NCBI GenBank assembly: GCA_015062745.1 | Contig: SUUB01000003.1 | Span: forward strand, 52,245-111,786 | Reading direction: 5' to 3' | Length of the DNA stretch: 59,542 bases | From: Actinomycetaceae bacterium | GTDB taxonomy: Bacteria > Actinomycetota > Actinomycetes > Actinomycetales > Actinomycetaceae | In this document: in pieces, positions 52,628 to 59,542 of the stretch | How the letters are laid out: each line of letters starts with the position of its first letter | Position numbering within the stretch: the stretch's first letter is position 1 | The notes under the pieces: generated by a model | The model's database searches: none | Seen by the model: only the letters and a program-made list of their open reading frames with translations | What the model was told of the DNA's origin: nothing | Program-made: the position numbers and the translations under genes

Positions 52628-53692
52628 ATGTTGCGCAGCGATCTGACCACGGAACGTCTCTTCCTCACTCCGCCGACTGCTGCCGATGCGGAGCGGATCA
52701 CGGCCGTCTGCCAAGACAGTGCCATCCAGCGCTGGACCACGGTGCCGTCCCCCTACACGCTTGAGGACGGGCAGGCATTTATCAGCAGCGTAGTTGATCC
52801 GGGCTGGGAGGAAACCAGCCCCACTTGGGCCATTCGAGAGCGTACGCGTAACGCCGATCCACTCACCTCTCCCCTCGTGGGAATGATCGGTCTGACATCC
52901 CGTGGCGCCCATGGCACAACCGCCGAGATCGGTTTTTGGGCCGCCCCCGAGGCCCGTGGACGCGGTCTGATAACCGAAGCCGTGCAGGCCGTCCTCGATT
53001 TCGGTTTCACACAGATGGGTTTGCAGGTCATCACTTGGCATTGCCTGATCGACGACGGCGAGCCCAACTGGGCATCGACGAAGGTCGCATGGCGCACAGG
53101 CTTCACGTTCGAAGGTTATGCACGCGGAGCTGCTTCGAAGAACGGTCGTGCATATGACGCACTGCGGGCCAGTATTCTGCCCTCCGAACCGCGCATCCCG
53201 CGACACGCATGGTTCGGCCCGGACGACACCCATCCAGGATTCGCTGACAGTCGCGATCCCGAGGCCCTGGTACGGCAATTCCATGAGACCTATCGCCTTC
53301 CAATCGTCTCCGACGGTCCTCGTGCGGATCGTGAACGTACACATATGCGAATGTCACTGGTGGCCGAAGAGTTCTGCGAGCTGGTTGGCGCGATCTACGG
53401 CCAGCCTGCCCGCCGACTCGTTGAAGAAACGTGGAAGAAAGCCGTTGCCGCCGATGATGGCACACGTGACACAGTGGAAGCCGCAGACGCGCTCGGCGAC
53501 CTTGTGTATGTCATCTACGGCATGGCCCTAGAACTCGGAATCCCGATGCGGGACGTGTTGGCAGAGATTCAGGCGTCAAATCTCTCCAAGCTCGATGCTG
53601 AGGGCAAGCCGATTTACCGTGCCGATGGCAAGGTCTTGAAGGGTCCGAACTACTTCCGACCGGACATCCGCCGCGCGCTCGGCCTGGATTGA
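52628..53692 (+). CDS. Fusion of RimJ/RimL-type GNAT acetyltransferase and MazG-like (PRA-PH/DR2231-type) NTP pyrophosphohydrolase
   Basis: N-terminal TERL.L, EIGFW..PEARGRGL.TEA, N.AS.KVA...GF.FEG; C-terminal EEFCEL, EAADALGDLVYV, ASNLSK, GKVLKGPNY; ATG 52628 lies 7 nt after TAGACT. Confidence 0.85.
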   Translation: MLRSDLTTERLFLTPPTAADAERITAVCQDSAIQRWTTVPSPYTLEDGQAFISSVVDPGWEETSPTWAIRERTRNADPLTSPLVGMIGLTSRGAHGTTAEIGFWAAPEARGRGLITEAVQAVLDFGFTQMGLQVITWHCLIDDGEPNWASTKVAWRTGFTFEGYARGAASKNGRAYDALRASILPSEPRIPRHAWFGPDDTHPGFADSRDPEALVRQFHETYRLPIVSDGPRADRERTHMRMSLVAEEFCELVGAIYGQPARRLVEETWKKAVAADDGTRDTVEAADALGDLVYVIYGMALELGIPMRDVLAEIQASNLSKLDAEGKPIYRADGKVLKGPNYFRPDIRRALGLD

Positions 53693-53915
53693 CCTCCTCG
53701 ACCAGTCTCTCCGGCGCCTCTCGCTCCAATCGAGGCCTGCCTTTCGCTCGCTCAATCGGAGCCCGGCTCTCGCTTGATCACGAGTGCACCTCTCGCTCAC
53801 GGGCGTCGCCAGTAACCTGGCTTCGGGCAGGAAGACGGTACACACGCCGACCGGAGGTGGCAAAAAGTCGGCCACCTCGTCTCTGGACGGGTGGCCGACT
53901 AACGCGAGGACGCTG

Positions 53916-55043
53916 TTACGACTCGCGATGCAGCGCTTCTGCCAGCAGCGTGCCAAAACCTCCGATTAGCACGGCAATTGAGCCGAACAGCGTCAGGAAG
54001 GCGCCCATGCCGCGTTCTGCACCATCAGCGAGTTCGTTGGCCACATTGCCGTCGTTGAACAGCATAAGCACGAAAATGACCAGGAAAGCTCCACCGAGAA
54101 GAGCCAGGAGACCGCAGAGCAGTTTTGGCGTGCGGTTGGCGAGGATAACGTTGGCCAAAAGTCCGCCAACAACGGCAAGCAGTGCAACCGCAATAATCGC
54201 GATGCCACCACCCATGTTGCCATCCAGGATATTCATTGACCTCGTTTCACCGCCCGCTTCCCGCGTCAGGAACGGCAGGAATACACCAATAAGTGCAACC
54301 AAGGCACCGGCTCCGAGCAGCCCCAATGAGATCCAGGCGAGAACGGACGGGCGCCTCTTGGCGGGCCCGGAGTGAGCCCCGTATTGCCCGTAGGGCATAG
54401 CCTGATAGCCGCCCGGCTGCTGGTAGGGATAACCTGCCGGCACGGCGCCGCCCGGCGCAGAGCCCTGCTGGCCGTAGTACGCATCGGACTGCGGCTGCTG
54501 ATAGTTTCCTTGCGGTGGCTGGTTCGGCGGGAAACCCGGTTGCGGGTAACCGGCGGGTTGTTGTGGCCCGCCGGGCTGCTGGTAGCCACCGGTGGGTTGG
54601 TAGCCCCCGGGCGCATTCGCTGATTGCGCCGTTGCCGGTGCGGGTGAGCCGTAGACCGCCGGACGCTCGTTTGCGCCCGGTGTCTGAGTATTGTAGGGCT
54701 GTGACGCCGATGGTGCCGATGGCTGTTGCGGGTATCCGGCGGGCGCCTGGTACTGGGGTGCTGCGCCACCTGGGTATCCGGCGGCGGGCTGTCCCGCAGG
54801 CGCGGGCGCACCGGGTGCCGAAGTCGGATATCCTCCCGGCGTAGCACCAGGCTGGGTCGGCACGGCGGCTGCACCCTCCGCCCCATGAGCAGCAGGTGGG
54901 AAGGTGGGAGCGGGTTGCGGTGCTGTTTGCGGCGTCGTCTCCGGCGATGGCACACCGGGAGCCGGCGCGGGTGACATCACGCCATCAACGGGTGATGGTT
55001 CTGAAGCTGCTGTATCCCGGCCGGGTTCTTCGCTTGTCGACAT
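53916..55043 (-). CDS. Pro/Gln/Gly-rich membrane protein
   Basis: Disordered N-terminus with PGGY/PAGY repeats; four C-terminal TMs; RBS GAGGAAG. Confidence 0.85.
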   Translation of the reverse strand: MSTSEEPGRDTAASEPSPVDGVMSPAPAPGVPSPETTPQTAPQPAPTFPPAAHGAEGAAAVPTQPGATPGGYPTSAPGAPAPAGQPAAGYPGGAAPQYQAPAGYPQQPSAPSASQPYNTQTPGANERPAVYGSPAPATAQSANAPGGYQPTGGYQQPGGPQQPAGYPQPGFPPNQPPQGNYQQPQSDAYYGQQGSAPGGAVPAGYPYQQPGGYQAMPYGQYGAHSGPAKRRPSVLAWISLGLLGAGALVALIGVFLPFLTREAGGETRSMNILDGNMGGGIAIIAVALLAVVGGLLANVILANRTPKLLCGLLALLGGAFLVIFVLMLFNDGNVANELADGAERGMGAFLTLFGSIAVLIGGFGTLLAEALHRES

Positions 55044-55084
55044 TCTTCCTCTTTCTAACTGTGCTTGACCGATTGAGTCATCGG

Positions 55085-55636
55085 CTACTGGCCCGGAGTT
55101 TCCGGTTTATCCGCCTCCGGTGGAGGTGTTTCATCGGCGCTTTGCGTGCTGCCGTCTTGTGTTGTTTCTTCTGCCTTTGTTGCTTCTTCGGCGACTTCGG
55201 CATCTTCGATGTCGTCAACGAGGCTGGCAGCAAGAATGTGTTGTGACAGCACGTCAATTCGCCGCTCCAAGTGACGGCGTTGCACACTCCTCTGTTTCCG
55301 ACTCATCGCATCGAGGACGGGCAGGGCGCGTTCGATAGATTCCAACTCGTCCCGCCACAAGCGCGCCTGCTGCGCAACTTCTGCCGTATTGGCCGAAGCA
55401 TAAAGAAACGTCACTTGCTCACGTAGAACCTGGCACCGCGCAGAGAGATCTCTGGGCGCGGACCCGGTGCCCCCGACTCCGAGTACACGTTGGAAACGGC
55501 TGGTGATTCCCTGTGCCAACTGCGGATTCTCGTTCATGAGCTTTCGCAGTTGCGGGCCGTACTGCGTGACGACGACGAGCACCGCCGGCCCTGCTGTACG
55601 TGCCAGCTTGAGGAGCATCTTGAAAGATCCAGCCAC
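55085..55636 (-). CDS. Hypothetical helical protein
   Basis: RBS AGGTGGAG, plausible composition, acidic tail. Confidence 0.75.
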   Translation of the reverse strand: MAGSFKMLLKLARTAGPAVLVVVTQYGPQLRKLMNENPQLAQGITSRFQRVLGVGGTGSAPRDLSARCQVLREQVTFLYASANTAEVAQQARLWRDELESIERALPVLDAMSRKQRSVQRRHLERRIDVLSQHILAASLVDDIEDAEVAEEATKAEETTQDGSTQSADETPPPEADKPETPGQ

Positions 55637-55750
55637 GTATCTCCACCTTTCGTCATGATGAGTCTAGCGGGTAATCGCCATATTCACCGCAGTGACTCCA
55701 TGCTAATTCTTTGAGCGAACAGGCAATGGGACTGTTGGAACATGTCACTA

Positions 55751-58700
55751 TCACCTGAAATCGCGCGATTTGAGTTGCACCGATAACGGCAGTTCTTCGA
55801 GTGCGTCGGCAACAAAATTCATGGCACCATCGCCGCGCTCCACCATACCACGTACGATTAAACCCTGGCTGTACAGCGCCACCATTCGATAGCGCTGCCA
55901 TAAACCGTGGGAGACTACGACGTTCAGTAGTCCGGTTTCGTCCTCCAAAGAAAGAAAGGTTGTGCCACTGGCGGTATACGGCCGCTGTCGGTGAGTGACT
56001 ATTCCTGCCACCCGGATTCTCACATCCTCCGGGACGTGGCTGAGGTCTGTGATACGTCGTATTCCCTGCTCATCAAGATGGGGACGGAGAAACTCTATCG
56101 GGTAAGAAGCAGTGGAAACTCCGGTTGCCGCAATGTCGGCATCGGCCGCCTCTGCTTTAGTGATTTCTGGTAGCGGTGGCACTGTCCCAGCTGCTTCAGT
56201 ACCGGGAATTGTCGGCTGATAGTAGATACCCCGCCGCATCCCATGCTCTGCCAGCGCATGCGCCAACCATATCCCCTGCCGTCGGTTTGTCCCCAATGAA
56301 CGTAGCGCATCCGCTGCAGCCAGGGCTTCCAGTTCTCTTTCGTTTAGACGCGCGCGGCTAGCCATGTCAGCCACACTGGAAAAGGGAGCATCGGCCCGCG
56401 CCTGGAGAATACGAGTGGCCGCTGCTCCTAGACCACGCACCGATTCCAGCCCAAGGCGAACGGCAAGGTTGGGGCTGGCATCTACCAGTTCGTGAGCTGC
56501 CATCTCGCGTGCCGCACACTCTTCCACACAAGCTGCCTGTTGCGACGCGACGACGTCGGGCGGCAGAACGAGCACGCCGTGCCGCCGCGCGTCGGCTACC
56601 AGAGTCTGTGGCGAGTAGAAACCTAACGGTTGCGCTGCAAGCATACCCGCGTAAAATTCCTCCGGGTGATGCACTTTCAACCAGGCAGAGGCATACACCA
56701 GGTATGCGAAAGAAAACGCATGAGATTCAGGAAAACCGAACTCGGCGAAGGCTTGCAGCTTCGCATAGATCTCCTCTCCGGTTTTCCGATCGATTCCCCT
56801 ATCTTGCATTCCGGCAAGTAGTTCGCCGCGTAGCCGCTCCATTTGTTCCACTGACCGTTTGGCGCCCATCGCCTTGCGCAGTTTGTCGGCCTGCGCGGGT
56901 GAGAAGCCTGCCGCATCAACGGCGATTTGCATCAATTGCTCTTGAAATAGCGGAATTCCAAGAGTCTTTTCTAACGCCGACTGTAGTAATGGATGCGCAT
57001 AGGTGACGGGTTCCTGCCCGCGTCGTCGCCGCAAGTAAGGGTTGACGGAGTGCCCCTGAATCGGTCCGGGGCGGATTAGCGCGACCTCGATGACAATGTC
57101 GTAAAAGCATTCCGGTCGAAGCCGTGGCAGGGTAGACATCTGTGCCCGCGATTCGACCTGGAAAACACCGACGGTATCCGCCGCTTGCAGAAGGCGGTAT
57201 ACACGTGGATCTTCCTGAGCAAGGTTATGCAAGCCAAGCTCCTGCCCATCCTCCCCGCTGATGCCGCGCTGCTGCAACGCGGTGAATGCGATGCGCAGTG
57301 CCGTAAGCATCCCCAATCCGAGAAGATCGAATTTGACGAGCCCGGCTTCCGCGCAATCATCTTTATCCCATTGCAAGACGGTGCGCCCCGGCATGGACGC
57401 CCAACTCACTGGGCATACGTCAATAACTGGACGATCACACAGCACCATTCCACCGGAATGGATCCCCAGGTGACGGGGAAGATTCTGCATACGTGCAGCG
57501 AGCGCTGCAATTTCCGGTGGAACACCATCGGTTTGCCAACGATGGGTGAATAAGGCCTCTCTTCCCCGCTCCCGCAAAAAGACTGCCATATCCGCAGCGG
57601 CACGTTCTTTTGTCGGGTCGGACGTGCGTCCACGCCCCTGCGGCACCCGGTGCTCAACCGATTTTGTCCAGTACTCAGCCTGACCAGGGTCATAACCGAG
57701 TGCCCGCGCAGCATCGCGGATGGCCAGCCGAGGGCGGTACGTAATGGTGTTGGCCACCTGTGCGGCTTTGTCCCGCCCATAGCGCTCGTAGACGTGTTGG
57801 ATGACTTCCTCTCGGCGCCCAGATTCAATATCAAGATCGATATCGGGCGGGCCGGAACGCCCCGGGGACAGAAAACGCTCGAACAGCATCTTGTGCCGCA
57901 CCGCGTCTACCGCCGTAATACCAAGAGCGAAACATACGGCCGAATTCGCCGCTGACCCCCGCCCCTGACACCAGATTCCCTGCTGTCGGCAGAAGGAGAC
58001 GATTTCTTCAATGATGAGGAAATAGCCGGGGAAACCGAGCTGGTTGATGACGTCGATTTCATGGTCAATCTGTGCCCACGCTGTGGGGTTCACGCTGCGG
58101 GTGCCATAACGCCGTCGGCCACCCGCATCCGTCAATGCCCGTAGCCAGCTTTGTTCGTCATGGCCCTCCGGAACCGGGAAGCGGGGCAGATTAGGAGTAA
58201 CGAGAGCCAGATCGAAGGCGCATTCCTGCCCCAGCTGCGCTGCTGCACTCACCACTGCGGGACGATCTTTGTGCCAGGCAAGCATTTGCGCTCCAGAACG
58301 CAGATAACTACCGGATGCGGGCAGATAGGGATCAATTTCCTCCAATGTCATGCGCGCGCCTGTTGCCGCCAATACATCTGCTACCGGCCGGTCCTGCAGG
58401 CGGGCATAGTGAACATTGCCGGTAGCAACAGCCCTAACCCCGGTATTGCAGGCTAGGTCTGCGAGTAGATCACATCGTTCCCGATCAAGTGGTGAGCCGG
58501 TAGCGGTAAGCTCCACCGCCACATTATCTCTACCGAAAAGACCGATCAGCCGCTCAAGCTCACGCCGAGCTGCCTGCGGCGCCCACACCCCGGGCGTCTT
58601 CTCCAATGCTCGGCGCACTCCGCCTTTTCGACACCCGGTTAGCACCACCCAGTTTCCCGCACTGGCCTCCGCGAGTCCTTCCAGTGTGTAGTGCGCCTCC

Positions 58701-59296
58701 CCTTTCGCCCCACTGGCCAGCATGGCAGCACCAACGGTGTGGGATAGTTTCTGGTACCCGGTGGCGTCTCGCGCCAGCAGCAGAATATGTTCCTCCGCCG
58801 CCTCCGGATTCTTGGTGCTCAGACCTTTCTTGCGTTTCGGCTCCCCCTTGGCGTTCCGACCTTTGTGAGCGTCGGATTCCCTCTTGAGACTCGGAGCCTT
58901 TCGGATCTCCTTCCCCCTTTTGGGCCCTAGTCCCAACTTGTTGTCTGCATATTCCGCGTCATGCGCCGGTTCCCGGCATTCACCGGCTCCCAGCGTCAAC
59001 TCGGTTCCTACCACTATCGGCATTCCGGCGCTACGCGCCGGTGCAGCAAGTTGCATAATGCCGGGAAAACCTGCGTGATCGGTCAGCGCTAACGCATCCA
59101 GCTCCAGCTCACAGGCGCGGGATACGAGTTCTTCCGGTAACGATGCGCCGTCAAGAAAACTGTAGGCCGAATGCATATGCAATTCCGCGTAAGGAATACG
59201 CTGCCGAAAGCGCAGAAGAGTAGGACTGCTCGGCATGTGGGCCGCATGGCCCCCGTCAGACTTGGAATTACTACTGTTTCCAGGAAGGCTAGGCAT
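55751..59296 (-). CDS. dnaE2: Error-prone DNA polymerase DnaE2 (start 59296 or 59236)
   Basis: YAELHMHSAYSFLDG PHP domain, GRGSAANS, PDIDLD, FGFPESHA, OB fold, terminal SRDFR. Confidence 0.96.
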   Translation of the reverse strand: MPSLPGNSSNSKSDGGHAAHMPSSPTLLRFRQRIPYAELHMHSAYSFLDGASLPEELVSRACELELDALALTDHAGFPGIMQLAAPARSAGMPIVVGTELTLGAGECREPAHDAEYADNKLGLGPKRGKEIRKAPSLKRESDAHKGRNAKGEPKRKKGLSTKNPEAAEEHILLLARDATGYQKLSHTVGAAMLASGAKGEAHYTLEGLAEASAGNWVVLTGCRKGGVRRALEKTPGVWAPQAARRELERLIGLFGRDNVAVELTATGSPLDRERCDLLADLACNTGVRAVATGNVHYARLQDRPVADVLAATGARMTLEEIDPYLPASGSYLRSGAQMLAWHKDRPAVVSAAAQLGQECAFDLALVTPNLPRFPVPEGHDEQSWLRALTDAGGRRRYGTRSVNPTAWAQIDHEIDVINQLGFPGYFLIIEEIVSFCRQQGIWCQGRGSAANSAVCFALGITAVDAVRHKMLFERFLSPGRSGPPDIDLDIESGRREEVIQHVYERYGRDKAAQVANTITYRPRLAIRDAARALGYDPGQAEYWTKSVEHRVPQGRGRTSDPTKERAAADMAVFLRERGREALFTHRWQTDGVPPEIAALAARMQNLPRHLGIHSGGMVLCDRPVIDVCPVSWASMPGRTVLQWDKDDCAEAGLVKFDLLGLGMLTALRIAFTALQQRGISGEDGQELGLHNLAQEDPRVYRLLQAADTVGVFQVESRAQMSTLPRLRPECFYDIVIEVALIRPGPIQGHSVNPYLRRRRGQEPVTYAHPLLQSALEKTLGIPLFQEQLMQIAVDAAGFSPAQADKLRKAMGAKRSVEQMERLRGELLAGMQDRGIDRKTGEEIYAKLQAFAEFGFPESHAFSFAYLVYASAWLKVHHPEEFYAGMLAAQPLGFYSPQTLVADARRHGVLVLPPDVVASQQAACVEECAAREMAAHELVDASPNLAVRLGLESVRGLGAAATRILQARADAPFSSVADMASRARLNERELEALAAADALRSLGTNRRQGIWLAHALAEHGMRRGIYYQPTIPGTEAAGTVPPLPEITKAEAADADIAATGVSTASYPIEFLRPHLDEQGIRRITDLSHVPEDVRIRVAGIVTHRQRPYTASGTTFLSLEDETGLLNVVVSHGLWQRYRMVALYSQGLIVRGMVERGDGAMNFVADALEELPLSVQLKSRDFR

Positions 59297-59542
59297 AACT
59301 CCCCGCTTCCCACCACTGTCCGGCCTCCGCGTACACGAGGACGGCTCCAGCATCAACAGCGATTTGCAACCATGCCCGCCGCTGAGCCGAATGCGGATCC
59401 CACCAGTGCTGCTCAATGACCCACGGGCCGGCAAAGTCCAGGATCCTCCACTGGCTATGGGGCGCTTGTTGGCCTCCTACCTCCTTCTGCCCACTTGCCG
59501 CTCGCGCTTCCCGCATCACCTGTTCCCCAGCACGCGAAGTCC
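59289..59542 (-). CDS. imuB: C-terminus of an ImuB/Y-family polymerase-like protein (runs off the window)
   Basis: AGPW....WWD......RAWLQ.......L.....GQWW..G.Y; overlaps the dnaE2 start. Confidence 0.8.
   Translation of the reverse strand, partial: TSRAGEQVMREARAASGQKEVGGQQAPHSQWRILDFAGPWVIEQHWWDPHSAQRRAWLQIAVDAGAVLVYAEAGQWWEAGSYA

Overview
High-GC actinobacterial chromosome segment, probably Actinomycetaceae-like (inferred from gene order and protein styles; no database search was possible). From left to right: (1) 1-2.1 kb: a probable type VII secretion effector/immunity cassette with a frameshifted WXG100-like + DUF1023 lipase gene, a lipoprotein and a small WXG100/EspC-like gene. (2) 2.4-34.7 kb: a nearly all + strand housekeeping block: efp-nusB, pyrR-pyrB-pyrC-carAB-pyrF with a PyrR site, mIHF-gmk-rpoZ-coaBC-metK-priA-fmt-rsmB-rpe, FMN riboswitch + RibXY-like transporter, hisEG, DUF3866, pafBC, DAG kinase, helY, lnt, ppm1. 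(3) 34.7-35.5 kb: rbpA, a clear dif site at 35405-35432 marking the replication terminus, and a cluster of isolated XerD-arm-like half-sites about 600 bp to its left. (4) 35.7-39.8 kb: a lower-GC cassette beside dif encoding a secreted lactococcin-972-like peptide, two MacB/FtsX-type permeases and an ATPase, followed by an IS3 remnant. (5) 40-59.5 kb: an Hsp70-like gene with a TIGR03085-type partner, two MerR regulators and GarA, tRNA-Pro, lysX-DUF998-like-hydrolase, a nonsense-inactivated kinase, a methyltransferase, tRNA-Leu, a GNAT-MazG-like fusion, and imuB(partial)-dnaE2. The best candidates for new biology are the XerD half-site array near dif, the dif-adjacent bacteriocin-like cassette and the GNAT-MazG fusion. 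Family names are recognised from motifs and need HMM confirmation.
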